The notes under the pieces are model-generated. The model did no database searches. It was given only the letters and a program-made list of their open reading frames with translations, and was not told the DNA's origin. DNA of 64,000 nucleotides, from contig OX597819.1 of the NCBI GenBank assembly GCA_951406725.2, positions 34,286,001-34,350,000 on the forward strand. The letters run 5' to 3'. Shown here one piece after another: positions 1 through 13,676 of this stretch (its first letter is position 1; each line of letters opens with the position of its first letter). The translations under genes and the position numbers were made by a program. Source of the DNA: Octopus vulgaris (lineage: Eukaryota).

Positions 1-9
1 TACTACTAC

Positions 10-44
<35 letters not shown>

Positions 45-51
45 GTAATAT

Positions 52-262
52 AAAAGTGATGCCAGTGGTGATCAGAGCATTGGGCTCAATCCCATTGAAA
101 TTTCAAGACTTCTTAAGGTAACTGGTAATCCCATGCAAGATTGATGTCTTGCAAAAAGTAGCCTTATTGGGTACAGTGCATATCTTAAGGAAAGTATTAT
201 CTGTCAGAGGTCCTTGTTGTGACTTGACAGATGACTAAAAACCTACACTGTGTTACAAAGGA
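52..262 (+). mobile_element. 3' end of an R4/Dong-like (restriction-like endonuclease) non-LTR retrotransposon in an (AAT)n tract
   Basis: Translates as KVMPVVIRALGSIPLKFQDFLR*LVIPCKIDVLQKVALLGTVHILRKVLSV, matching the C-terminal 'PVVIGALG...LQK.ALLGT..ILRKVL' motif of RLE-clade elements. Flanked on both sides by (AAT)n, the known Dong/R4 target. Confidence 0.75.
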
Positions 263-284
263 ATAATAATAATAATGATTTTAA

Positions 285-507
285 TTCTTTCTACTAAAGG
301 CACAAGACCTGAAATTTGGAGGAAGGTGGAGAGGATTAGTCGATTACATTGACCCCAGTGTTTCAGTGGTATTTAATTTACTAACCTTGAAAGGATGAAA
401 GGCAAAGTCAACCTCAGCAGAATTTGAACTCAGAACATAAAGACAGATGATGAAATACTGCTAAGCATTTTACCTGGGATGCTAACCATTCTGCCAGCTT
501 GATGCCT
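285..507 (-). mobile_element. SINE family A (tRNA head, Meta-like core)
   Basis: Reverse complement has the head ggcatcaagctggcagaatggttagc, B box gttcaaatt and core gactttgcctttcatcctttc...taccac. Confidence 0.8.
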
Positions 508-512
508 TAATG

Positions 513-584
<72 letters not shown>
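508..584. repeat. (AAT)n microsatellite
   Basis: Direct; similar tracts at 1-50 and 1146-1188. Confidence 0.95.
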
Positions 585-587
<3 letters not shown>

Positions 588-1144
588 GCCCTGATGCAGT
601 ACCAGGCAGTGGCTCTCATGGTTTCTCATCTTAACTAATTGGAAGTGCTATCATGTACTTTGTTTTGTCTTGGTATAAAAGATGGGCCACAGTAAATATT
701 CTGCTCAATACCACAGATTTGCTTGTCTGTTGCTTGACCTTAAGCAGTTGACCATGTCCCTTAGTGGCTGACGATATGTGCATCTTTGATCATGAGCAGA
801 AGTAGTGGGGGAGCTTGACAGCTATGTGTTGAGAGGAATTCTTTGGGGTTTAGATAATTCACCTCTGGAACCATAGGTGTTTCATTCAACATCCTTAAAC
901 AACTCTTATTCAGGGACCTTTTGAGTGGAATGGGCTACTCAACCTGAAGAAAGTTCTAACTGGGCCCCACCTGCAAGGTCATACACTGTTTATCTTGATA
1001 TGAGATCACCATGTCACACACATATGGTTGTGATGCATGTGCCTGATGTACCCTTATCAGACGGGTAATCATGATGGGTATACTGGGCTTCATATATTTT
1101 ACCCCATTGTCACTTCGATAGCATGCTCTGCTCTCTCACTCAAA

Positions 1145-1145
<1 letters not shown>
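585..1145. mobile_element. Unclassified ~560-bp interspersed element embedded in (AAT)n, possibly a non-coding portion or non-autonomous partner of an R4/Dong element
   Basis: Higher-complexity, GC-richer block bounded exactly by (AAT)n arrays on both sides; no ORF. Family assignment is inference. Confidence 0.45.
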
Positions 1146-1189
<44 letters not shown>

Positions 1190-1190
<1 letters not shown>

Positions 1191-1565
1191 GTTTCAGATA
1201 TTGACACAAGGTCAGCAATTTCAGGGAAGCAGCTAAGTTGATTATATCGACCCCAGTGCTCAGCTGGTACTTATTTTATCCACCCAAAAGGAGAGAAGAC
1301 AAAGCTGATGTCAGTGGAATTTGAACTCAGATTGTAAAGACAGATGAAATGCCACCAAACATTTTGTCTGGCATACTAGCGATTCTGCCAGCTCATTGCC
1401 TTATATATGCAAACCTTCTGTGTTCAAATTCCATCGCGGTCGACTTTGCCTTTCATCCTTTAGGGGTCCAGGAAATAATTACCAGTTGAACATGGTGGGG
1501 AGGGCGATGCAATTGACTTAACCCCATCAACCAAAATTGCTGGCCTTGTGCCAAAATTTGAAATC
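1190..1565. mobile_element. Two family A SINEs in inverted orientation (1190-1400 minus, 1420-1565 plus)
   Basis: The core and tail (ggccttgtgccaaaatttgaaa) occur on opposite strands about 20 bp apart. Confidence 0.75.
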
Positions 1566-3529
1566 AATATTATTTCCACATATGCAGTAAATGATAGCAA
1601 GTGATTTGACTGGCCAAAAGAAATTTAGTAAATTGTACATTTTAGTAAGTAATGCAATTTAAAAATAAAAAATTCAACAAATTCTTTTTTTAGAAAACAA
1701 AAGATCACATTTATACATACACACACACACACACACACACACGCACATACATACAGCATCACATTGTATTTGAATATTAGCTTAAAAGCCATACTCCTGC
1801 AGAGGACTAATTGGGCCTGCAGCCCAAAACTAAGGAGCGCAATAATAGTAATAAAGCATTTATTGGTACCTTACCAAATATGGTAATACCCCTGACCAAC
1901 ATGGTATTACTTTAAATTCAGTTTAAATGAAAAACTTGTAAGTTCACAAATTTTGGGAGTTCTTTTAAAATTTGAATTTTCAACTGTTAGCATATAACAA
2001 ATCATCATCCAGACCTACTCCCAAATGCTGGATGTTCAAGAACAAAATGAAGGGCAGATTTTCAATCCCGGGATCATCCTGATTCCAAAAAGGTATAATA
2101 TGTCTATGTAGAACAAATATAGACTGAGATACATTGGTCCTGGACAAACGGACAGATAGAATTTCACATTTATTATTATGGATAAGCTAGTCAAATTATG
2201 TGACCAAGTTTCTTTCCCCAACTGGAGATACCTACAAGTGGTACCATTCATTTGCTCATAAATTCATAAGTAAGCTGAGATTTGAGTGAGATTTGGCAGC
2301 CAATTTCAACTTCTGCACAAACGGAAGGATGCTGAGACAGAATACAATTATTTAAAAAATAGTAATAACAGATTCAATTTCCATGCTATTGATCAGGTAA
2401 ACAGATTAAAATTTATATCATAGTTTGTTTGTTTTTTTATAATTCTGAAATATTTTTGTTAAATATCCATCATCTGGAAAATAATTATTCAGTTATTTAA
2501 GTTTTAAAAGTTTTAACTCATAAAATAATGTTGGGTCAATATCAGACAGTGTATGGTTGTTACTACAACCAACTTAAAAGCTTCATTGCGTTTCTAAAGT
2601 AAACAATATTTCATTGTTACTGAACTATAAATACAGAAATGTGATAAGGGAATTTGAAGTGGAAGCTTCTTGAATCAATATCTCATCCAATTGAAAACTA
2701 TTTTTAAAGGCAATCAATTTTTCTTTTTATAAGATCACACAAATTTAATTGCTAGAGCGATGTGAATAAATATATAGTAAATATTTTAGGAGCTCATCGT
2801 TATTGAATCACAGCAATATATGCTAGATACTAAAACACACTTTATGATAATATGGATATTTGTGGGGAAGAAATGATTGGTATTTTTAATACTATTGAAA
2901 CACTGGATCACAATAATAGAAAGATAAAAAGAAAATCAATCATAGATATATTTAGAAACTTTTGAACAATCTTCTCTCAAAATTATTACAAATTGATGGC
3001 ACAGTTTAGAAGAAACACTGAGCATGGTATAGAAAAAACAAAAAAAAAGTGGCTATATTACAATTACATTCGAAAAACGTATGTATGTCACACAATCTCA
3101 TTTTCCATTCTCCCTCTACATTCTAAGGTTTTTGTGTAGGAAATCAATTTTCAGAGAAAGTAAAACAATTTTTCAATGAAAATAATCCCATCAGTTAAAG
3201 CAGATGAAAGGAGTTTGCTATCATGAAAAGAGATTTAAAAACCTTTAACAACAGGGTCGCACACAAAAGAACTATGCTATTCAGAAATCAACCTATTTTA
3301 TATAAAAAGTGATATTTAACTAACTCTGAGTGACACACTAATGTGGCACGTGAGAATTCTTGCTCAATGTGGGGATTTGTAAGAATTCAAAATATATTAG
3401 ACATAAAAATAAAAGAAATAAAAAATGATAGTCAAGAAAATTATAAAGAATTTAGAAAAATACAAAATCTAGGTAAGCCTAAAACCAAAATTTTCTGAAA
3501 AGAGCCTTCATGTATTTACCAATTCTGTT

Positions 3530-3532
<3 letters not shown>

Positions 3533-3571
<39 letters not shown>

Positions 3572-4010
3572 TTAATGTCTGCTGGCATGGGTTAAACAGT
3601 TGCCTGGAACTGGTAAGCCAGAGGGCTGCACCAGGTTCCAGTCTGATTTGGCATGGCTTCTACAGCAGGATGCCCTTCCTAATGCCAACCATTCCAAGAG
3701 TGTAATGGGTGATATTTACATGCCACCAACATCAGTGCCATTTACACAACACTGGCAATGGCTGCAACTACGATTTCATGAGTGCCATTTAATTGACACT
3801 GGCAACGGCCATGACTATTATTTTGGTTGGCTTGACAAATTTTCTCAAGCACCGCATATTGTCAAAGGTCTTGATCACTTGTCGTTGATTCAGTGAGGCC
3901 CAACATTCAAAGATCATGCTACCGACAAGGGCCACAACTATGATTTCACTTGGCTTGATGAGTCTTCTCAAGCACAGCATATTGCCAAAGATCTTGGTCA
4001 CTTATCATCA
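3533..4010 (-). mobile_element. SINE family C ((GAT)n tail, RTE-like 3' end, internal tandem units)
   Basis: (CAT)n followed by tttaatgtc...gcatgggtt...ggatgcccttcctaatgccaacca, shared with about 12 other copies in the window. Confidence 0.8.
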
Positions 4011-4356
4011 CCAACTATATTTATTCTTCAAAAATATAGCTGTTAATAAATAACAACTTCTTCTAAAGAATAAAACAAAGAAAAGACTCGGAGGTCGAGG
4101 CTAAAAATGTAGAAGGAAGTTGTCATTTTCATTCAGAATAAAGGAGGATTAACCTACAATAAACTGTGAAAAATATGAGATTTTGACAGTTGAAGGTTCA
4201 AAATGTTTAGCAAGTTCCATAAAATTATAACATTAGATGGTGAGCTCTAATCAGTTTAGGTGTCCTGGGTGTCCTTAATTAGGTTGGATGTTAAACCTTT
4301 ATTGGCTTAGGTGTTAAAGCTTTAGTAATGCAGGTGTTAAGCCTTAATAATAATAA

Positions 4357-4550
4357 TGTCTATATGCTCTGGGATATGCTAATCTACATTAGCAGACACA
4401 GAGATCAAGGCTAATTGACCAGATATTATCGTCAAGGGTTACAATAAGAAAGGATATCTCTCTGAATCAAAATATCAGTCCCAACAGATGATAATGTAGC
4501 TCTTAAAGAAATGGAGACATTATCCACATATAAATATCTGGAAATAATAG
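4357..4550 (+). mobile_element. R4/Dong-like LINE fragment, RLE endonuclease region
   Basis: TDTEIKAN*PDIIVK ... ISVPTDDNVALKEMETLSTYKYLEI matches the RLE motif 'NRPDI.V...IDVS.P.D.N...KE.EK..KY.DL'. Preceded by taataataataat. Confidence 0.7.
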
Positions 4551-4839
4551 GGATAACCCAAATGTGTAGGGGGAAAACAATCAACTACAATAAGAGGTGC
4601 TTCAGGAATGATTAAAAATAAACATGCAGCAAACATGTCACCCAAACCTTGATGACTTACATTCATACACATTCAGAAAATAGTACTACTACTATTTATC
4701 AGAGTACTTTCCAAGCAACAGAAAATACAAAATGAAGCCAAACATGCGGTGCTCCAGCATGGCCGCAGTCAAATGACTGAAACAAGTAGAAGAGAAAAAG
4801 AGTAATATAGTGATGAGCTAAATATTGTAGTGAACATAA

Positions 4840-5055
4840 AGGTGATGAGCTGGCAGAACCATTTCCATGACAGACAAAATGTCTAGCAGCACTTTGTCCA
4901 TCTTTATGTTTTGAGTTCAAATTCCACTGAGGTCAACTTTGTCTTTTGTCCTCTTGGAGTTGATAAAGTAAGCACCAGTTAGACACTGGGGTCGACATAA
5001 TTGACTTACTCTCTCCTCAAAAATTTCTGGCCTTGTGACAAAATTTGAAACCAAT
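4840..5055 (+). mobile_element. SINE family A
   Basis: Head ggtgatgagctggcagaacc, B box gagttcaaattcc, core and tail. Confidence 0.8.
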
Positions 5056-5474
5056 TTAGCGTCTGCCAATCTCTAAGTGTGGAGGGAACCTGTGGAACTT
5101 GGGACTTATGAAAGGAAAGCTTTATATAACGCAGAATATATGAAACAAAGGCTAAATAAAACTCTGAAAACAAGCATGAACATTTTAGGACAAACTTATG
5201 AAGATGTTTTCAACAGGCAAAAGGTTAATTGAGAATGACTTCTAAAGAAAGCAAAAATTGTCAGTTTTAATCACAAATGAATTTAGGCATAGTGGCTGGT
5301 ACTAAAACAAGAACAGCTAGACAAAGACGAACTTTAATATCTTTAAACTTAATATAATATTTCTTAATTGACCATAACCTATGATTTTAACTACAGAAAA
5401 TTCAAAATAAGAAAAGAGTTACATAATGATTTAGAAATATACTGTCAAATACTGTCAACCTTGAAAAATAGTAC

Positions 5475-5919
5475 CTGTCTCTGAGAACCTGACTTCCATC
5501 TGGCTGTGTGATAAAAGGTGACATATTGTGAAAATATTAATGGAGTCAGCCACTTTGACTTTTGTTGTAGAGAAAATGATACTCCCCTTCCCACGTGACG
5601 AAGTGGTATGAACCAGACACTATAAAGTCAGATAGGCAGTTGTTGTAGGAGGTCAGTAGTAGTAGGGCCCTTGTATGAGTTCTCAGCTGGAGTCTGTATC
5701 AGTTATGTGATAATTATGAATTTGAGTTACCGGCAAGGTAGACTTTTCAAAGTCATTGTTTTGCAGAGCTGTCAGTGATAGCACAATAGATGAGTCAAAG
5801 ATAATAAGACACGGAAACGGAAACGAGAATATTACAGTGCCAACAATAACATACAAGTGGATGAGGATCCACATTATAACAACTTTGGATCTGTCTCTCT
5901 CACCTTAACACATCACCTT
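5475..5919 (-). other. Candidate exon with alternative donors (16 nt, 5904-5919; or 445 nt, 5475-5919)
   Basis: Strong acceptor tctttatctcttttatatttcacag; donors AAG|gtgaga and CAG|gtacta; unique, complex sequence. Confidence 0.35.
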
Positions 5920-6132
5920 CTGTGAAATATAAAAGAGATAAAGACTTCTTTATTCCTCACCCACTTCTATCAGATATGTGGGGTGGGAGGGATTGTCTAT
6001 TTCATCATCATCATCATCATCATTCTTACCATTAACACCACAGTACCTTATTTCATTTTAGATCCAACTTGATCATCCTCATCATCAATACAATACACAA
6101 TACACAATTTAGGGGAACAGCAAACTGGAAGA

Positions 6133-6215
6133 GGGGCGGAGGAGGAGGAGGGGAGGAGGAGGAGGAGGAGGAGGGGCGGAGGAGGGGAGGAGGAGGGGCG
6201 GAGGAGGAGGAGGGG
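6133..6215. repeat. (GGA)n G-rich tract
   Basis: Direct; it explains the poly-E/G and poly-P/S ORFs at 6053-6278. Confidence 0.9.
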
Positions 6216-7161
6216 AATTTAAGAATAGAATTTGATTTGTTGTTGATTTTTAATTCCAAATCAGTTCTGATCCAGTAGACCTATTATCAAAGAGAGATAA
6301 TGTACTGGATTTTGTGTTGAAGAAAAAGACAAGAAATGGCAGAGGTTACAGGGAAGATATTGTTACAGTTTAGCCCCAGGGAAAAACCGTCTCTAACTGA
6401 TATATGATCAAAAGTCTCTCAACCATGACTCTCCATCTTATTTTTAGCCACAGAGTGCCTACCACTAACTACACTACCATTATTCTCATCATCACCACCA
6501 CCATCTACACTGACGTGACCACCATCATCAACAAAGCCACTATATAAATCCTCACCACCAAATATTAATACTACCATCAAAACTTTCAGCTATTATCTGA
6601 TACAGTCTTTCAAAACTTGGCCTTCAGGCTTCCATGTATTTATAATCCTCTACAAAGCTTGTTACCCACCACTAACATAGCTAGAATATGTGCCACCCAG
6701 AGTGGCCCTTCAGTTTGTTTCCCTTGGGCCTCCACAGAAAATACATATTATCTACTGCAGAACCAAAATTGGTGCAGCCTCCATAAAATTGTTGCCCAGA
6801 GCAGACTTCTCCTACATCCCCTTCTAGCTATGCTAGTGTTGCCTACAATGGAGTACTGCTTCCTACGACTGGGATAGTACCACTGCTACACACACAAACA
6901 TCTTAGACTGCATTAATAGAAACACCATCTGACTGATTAACTTCAAATTACTCTCAAACCTCCTTGACCATTTGGCCATAGACATTTGTGTCCTCCCTCT
7001 CTGCCTTTCCTGCCACTACTACAATAGTGGCTTTGGTTCATCAAAGTTGAGTTACCTCCATTTAGCCACTTCTAACTCATTCATTTCTTCTCCTCTATCC
7101 ACTATTCCTGGAAGGGTAATGGAGATAAAGTCCTCAGGCACCACCTCAAATAGGGTCCCAT

Positions 7162-7940
7162 CAGAAGCGTGGAGGCATGTGACTTAGTGGTTAGGGTGTT
7201 GGACTCGTGATCGTAAGATTGTGGTTTCAATTGCTGGATCAAATGACACATGGTGGTCTTGAGAAAAACACTTCTTTTCATGCTGTTGGCCACTCAGCTG
7301 GCAAAAATGAGTAATCTTGTAACAGTCGGGTGTTGCCTCCAGGTGGAGGGTTTACACACCATGAAACCAGGAAACTGGCCCTTATGACTCAGCATGACTC
7401 GAGACTGTAACTTTACCTTTTGTTACCTATCAGGAGCAACCATCATTACACTTTTCTGCTGGATTCTCAAGCATGACCAGCTGAGACTACAGATATTATC
7501 CAGCTATTTTGCTCTTTGGTCTACTCCTACTTCTCCTGCCATTTGGGCCAGCTTAAATAATCCATCTTTCAATTTTTTATTGCCCCATTCTAACTAGATC
7601 TCCATTGGTTATGACAATGAGGGTTCCATTTGATCCAACCCTGTTGATCCTCATGAATTTAACATGCAATTGATCCTCATGAACTTAACGTGCAAGTGGC
7701 CAAGCCATCTGCAGTCACATGTATCCTTAATGTAGTTCTCAGGGAGATTCAGCATGACACAGAATGTGACAAGCTTGGTTCTTTGAAATACAGGTACAAC
7801 TCATTTTTGCCAGCTGAATGAACTGGAGCAACATGAAATAGAATGTCTTGCTGAAGGACACAATGCACTACTGGAAATCAAATCCATGACCTTACAATTT
7901 CAAGCCGAATACCCTCACCACTAAACCACATGCCTTCACT
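7162..7940. mobile_element. Two related tRNA-headed SINEs (family E), 7162-7420 plus and ~7600-7940 minus
   Basis: Head ggaggcatgtgacttagtggttagggtgttggactc...; shared core cactcagctggcaaaaatgagt on opposite strands. Confidence 0.7.
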
Positions 7941-10900
7941 GTCACATTCTAATCACACATCTGTAGTACTGCAGCTGTGTCCCCTCAATGCAGAGAAGTA
8001 GCAGCTTGACCTGGATAGATTCCCTGACATCCAAACTTTGTACCTTAGAGGTCCTTCCGTGGAACCCCATTTCAGCCACTTGAATTTGCAATGGTACTTT
8101 CTTGGTCATTATTACCTTACATTTATGTCCATAGGTGAGGAAAGGCACAAAAACCAAATTGAACCTAGCAAGTTTGGCTTTTTAAGTTAACCTCGCCTTT
8201 TCTGAGGACTGAATACTGAAGCTGGCATGTTACTGTGCCAGCATCAGTAATTTTATCAACCAATTCAGTCTCCTGACTCACATCACTTATGAATAAGGCC
8301 TTCTTTACCTCATACCTCAGATCATGCTAACCTCCCTCCCTGGCCCCAGTCTAACTTTCTTGCAGCTATTCACTTGCAACAGTTTAAGCATAACTTGAAG
8401 GCCTTCAGTATCAACAATCAAGAAGAACATGCAATAGTCATGGGCATTGCCCCCTTTCTTCCAAACCAAACTGATAAATAAAATCAAAGACTTCATTATA
8501 CAACTTGTACTTCTTTTCTTTTTTTTTTTAAGATGGTAGAGTGTAGTTGGAGGGAGATTTGTTGGCTATTTCTAGCAAGCTGAGAAACCATATAGAGATG
8601 CCTTTCATTGATTGTGTTGAAAGGAGGAAGAGTGAAGAACAAAGAAAGATGGGTTGTGGTGGGAGGAGGAAGTGGACTGGGGGGAGGAGGAGGGGTAGGT
8701 TGGAGGAGTAGGTAGGATAGAAAAGGAAATGGTAAAGAATAAATAAACAGGGAAAGATAAGGAATAGAAATAGGAAAACCAGAGAACAGAGTGAATGGAA
8801 GGAAGGAAAGGAGAGAAGAGGCGGGGGGGGGGGGGCAGAATCTGAGAGAAAATAAAGCAGAGAAGAAAGAAAGACAAAGCAGAAAATGTTGGACAAATGA
8901 AAAGGAAAGACAAAAAAACACTGAAGACAAATCAACATATGAATGGAACAATGTAAATAATGGTAGATAGCATTATAGCATGCAAGAATGAGGCTTAAAA
9001 ACTAATTTCATTGCAGAAATGGAAAATATTATGAGATTTATAAAAACATAAAGCTCAATTTTAGAAACTGAGATTCTAGCTGGTTGGAGAAGAACTATTT
9101 ACCAAGATTTCAGGCTTTTAAAAGTAATTAGTCTGCTATTCAAGCTTGCTTTTTTTTTTCCTTTTTGCAGTTTTTGTCATTTTATTCGTATCAGTCCTCT
9201 CTCCTTGGTTCTGGAATATGGTTAGTTAGTTGGTTAAGGTTAAAACAATTTTGTTTTTTGCTTTTTGTTGTTATTATTATTATTATTTTTTTTTTTTTTG
9301 CTTTTTTTCCTTTTTCCTACAAAATGTTTGTCCAGAATGTTGTAACCAAAGTTTCTTGTGTCAGTCTAGATACCTGTTGAAAATATTGATCGGTGTGAAC
9401 ACTGATACCTTACCAAAATCTCTTTACGCAATCTTTGGTTTAAACAGCAAACTATCCTAAATTGAATTGAGAGCATTTCACACACTGACAACTTTTGTTT
9501 TCCTTTTCATTAGGGAAGATTCCCAGCACCATCAAGCTATTTATTTTATTTTCTCTTTGACTACACATTTTCTCTTCTCTTATTCCACTCTAAAAGAAAC
9601 CTTTCCTACACAAGCGACAGTGTCAACTCCAATGTCTGCCATTATTGTTGTGTGCCTCTCTCTCTCTCTATTCCATATCATGCACTCTTCAAAATCACTC
9701 AGTAAACCGACAAATGCTGAGAGGATCACTTAGATATTATGCCACAAGAAAACTTGCATTTAGCATGATAATTGATTTTTTTTTTAAAAACATTAATAGA
9801 AGAACATATCTTGAATACAACAATATAGCGAGATGTTTCATAAAATAAAATGTATAATTATTATCAGTCAGCTCACAAATTTGGTTTCCTAGATGGAAAT
9901 TTAATTAAAAGACATGGGGGAAAATATCTGAATAACAAAGCTTACATATAGCATTTAGTTATGAAGTGACTATTTAGAAAGCAATTAGCAAGATTTTCAT
10001 TTCTATATTGCCGTTTATAAGTGGATTTGAAATCATAATGTAAAATTGAAACCTGTAATTATGCTGCCAATATACAACAGTGATGATGGTGTTAGAATAA
10101 TAAAGACAATAACTTTCTAAAAACTCATCACTTGCATACAAATGGTAATTGTTTAGCCCTTGGTCAGCTCAATAGGGCTGAACTATGATCAAAGGCACTG
10201 CAGCCATGACCATAGTAACATTTTTCAGATACTGTGTATCAAGAATTACACATCATACAATGTATTCTTTCATTTTCCCTAAGATGGTAGTCTTATGATG
10301 TTAGGGAGATTTCATTGCTATTCCTCACAGGTTGGGGTACCAAGTAGTGATCCCATGTTTTACAGTCATCCACCACCTACAACACCACTGCCCTCTAGTG
10401 ATAAATAATGGCAATACTGATGTCACTAAAAGAAAATTTCTCCATCTTCATTTGTCTTTGCTTAATAATATCTACTAAATCCCGCAGACCTGTTGTCGTT
10501 GTGGTCATCATTTAGCCCCAGATCTCATTAAAGATCAGACACATTTCAACCATAACCATCCCAACTCTAATTCAGCTATAGTATATCAAGGACTACATTA
10601 TCGACTGTTTGTTCTGTGATGTCCCACAGAGTTCCTCAGAGTTAACTCTTAAGATCCATCTTGTTGATATTAGGAAAATGACACAAATCTCTCAGACTGG
10701 ACACTACATTATCACAGGTAATATTTCCAGAAAATTTAACACAAATTCTTCATAACAGGTAGAATATGGTATATAGAATTAACTGTACTGCCCCAAACAG
10801 CTGGCTTTCAAAGTCTCTCTGCTCCTAGCCCAAAACTCTACACTGGATCAGGCTTTCATATAGCACCACTGTTAAGCTAGTATAAGCATTTTTAAAACAC

Positions 10901-11021
10901 TAAATGTTCAGAAAAAAATGTGGTGAGGAAAAAAAACCTTTATCACTGACTAATATCATTTACATTTTTTGTCAAGAATGGGAAACAAATCTGGATATGT
11001 GTTAGTATTACTGTGATATCA

Positions 11022-11345
11022 TGAAGATGCATGGCTTAGTGGTTAGGGTATTCAACTCACGATTGTAAGGTCATCAGTTCAACTCTCAGTGATGCATTCT
11101 GTCCTTCAGCAAGACACTTTATTTCATGCTGCTCCAGTCTACTCAGCAGGCAAAAATGAGTAGTATCTGTATTTCAAAGTTCCAGCCTTGCCACACTCTG
11201 TGTCATGCTGAATCTCCCTGAGAACTACGTTAAGGGTACACGTATCTGTGGAGTGCTCAGCCACTTGCACATTAATTTCACGAGCTGGCTGTTCTGTTGA
11301 CCGGATCAACTGGAACTCTTGTCATCATAACCAATAGAGTACCAT
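11022..11345 (+). mobile_element. SINE family E
   Basis: gaagatgcatggcttagtggttaggg head, gtccttcagcaagacacttt core, tail ...ggaactcttgtcatcataacc. Confidence 0.8.
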
Positions 11346-13629
11346 ATATATTCTGTGATATCATCAGTAAAGCAAAGATGCCACTCTATTTATCAATGTA
11401 ATGATAACAGAATCATATAAATGTTATATATTAGCTGTTTCCAGAACATTCTGAATTTTAATTTTAATAACGTAGATTTTTTTGTGTATACACCGGTATT
11501 CCTGCATGTTATGGAAGACAGCTGTTGTAGTAAGTATTGAACTCAGAACAATGGAATAAGTAGTTCAGTACTTTGAACCTCACAACCACAGTACATCACA
11601 GTCTTTTGTCCTTTAATGTTCATTTTCCCATGCTCGTGAGGCTTAGCTGGAAATTACTGAGGCAGATTTTACTATGGTCAGATGCTCTTCCCGTCACCAA
11701 TCCTCACTTGTTTCCAAGCAAGGTAATATGCTTTTAAAAGAAAATTGGAAATTAACAACCTTGCTTGTATGATGGTGATGCTCATTTACGACTGTTATAT
11801 GATGTGTAGACATGGTACACATGTGTGTTTCTGTGCAAACAAACGCATATGTACATACATATACATACATATATACATACATATATACATATAAAATACA
11901 TGTACATACAAATATATCTACATACATTCATATACACAACAGCCTTCTTTTCAGTTTCTGTCTGCCATATCCACTCATAAGGCTTATGTAGGTCTGGAGC
12001 TATACTAGAAGACGTTTGATCTAGATGCCATAGAGTGGGACTGAACCGAAGACCACATGATTCGGAAACAAGTTTCTTACCACATAAAGCCACACCTGCA
12101 CCATGCATGTGTCCACTGTTATATAATATATTATACTGTAATAAATTATGCTAAACAACACTTCTACTTATCACATTTAATTTTTACTACTCATGAAAAG
12201 TCTAAGGAAGAGGTATATCTCGCAGGGAGATATTTTATCAGTATTGCAAGATTGGATAAAACTTCTTTAAAACATTATACATAGAAAATTGACACTTGAA
12301 GAGTATCAGAAGTTAAACTGATGAGAATGAAATGTAAATAGAAGCAAAAGAGATAAGGTTAAGAATCGTCTAAAAATTTCTGTTTTTTAAGACATTCTTC
12401 TTTAAAAATAATGCATATTAGAAATAGAGACATGCATTTTTCAGACAAAAGGCTTATATACAAATTGCACTGAAAACTGCTATGCAAAAGAGGGGGGGGT
12501 GGAAATGTTTTGAATGACACTGAAATAAATATTGACATTGATTCTTTAACAATGTTTTCAACATTCAAAAGGAATATTTATTTGTATATACAAAGAATGC
12601 CACAAACAGAAATGAAACTGAACTCTGTACAGCTTTCAAAGAATCAGTTATTTCACCATTCCACTTATGTTACATTTAAAGTATTCTGATAAAACTTGAA
12701 AAGTTCCTATTCTTATAACTAATTCTTATAAAAAAGAAGAAAAAATTTACGATATTTACAGAAGCACTGGAAAATTTTTCAATGGATCATGAATGAGTTA
12801 AATTGATTTTTTTTTTTCAACCGTTTAGAAAAATCCTAATGTTTGTTGTTTGTTTGAAAAATTTAGAGAGAAGAATAAATGAATAAATAAATTAAAAACA
12901 TCAATGGAAAAAAATGAAGAAATATGAATATAAAAAATTGATCTTTCATGGTTTGCAATGATATTTGTATTAAATATTTCCTAAAGAAAAAAATATTCTT
13001 GCCTTGCCACATTGTATTTCTGTGAAAAGAAAGCCTTTGTAAATAGGTATTTCGTCAACAATCATAGTTATAGCAATAAAAAGATAAATATTAATGTATC
13101 TTAGAACCACTTTCTTTCTTTGTAACACCCGATTTAAATAAATGAATGACGACAACATTACTGCCCAGACAGTTCGATCTCTTTAACATATGGTGTCGCC
13201 ATGATAAAGCTGCGTTAATGATGCAGATAACTAATTTCTTCATACACAAGACTTTGCTTTCATTAGGAAGCTTCAAGATTGAAATTTTAAATATTTCCTT
13301 CAATGATTTATTTAAATAGCAACTGGATAAACTTGTCTACACTGCTGCTGTCCGCAATTCCACAAATCAATTGCTAGAACTTTATTCAGTTGAAATAAAA
13401 GAGATAAAAGGCTTTCAATTTGAGACAGTTGCAGATTCTTAGCTTTCTGCTGACTTGGTTACCATTAATAAGTGGAATTTGGCTTCTGATCATTCTTTGA
13501 TAAAAGCTGTCTGTGTGTCTGTAAGTGTGTGGTGGGTGGGGGTGGTTTGCATGCACTGTGTGCCTGTAGGTACACGGGGTTAGGTGGGGAGAGAAGTTCA
13601 CAAGCTCTGTATGTGTATGTGTGTGTGAG

Positions 13630-13676
<47 letters not shown>

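Noticed and set aside
2010-2331. Coding exon on minus after the acceptor ttgtattctgtctcag
   Set aside because: Stops in all three frames within ~85 nt and no recognisable peptide; it could be a terminal or non-coding exon but this cannot be supported.
6053-6278. Poly-E/G and poly-P/S ORFs
   Set aside because: Products of a (GGA)n tract.
8496-8951. Hydrophobic F/L/S/P-rich ORFs (also 45782-46192)
   Set aside because: Antisense translation of low-complexity purine-rich tracts.
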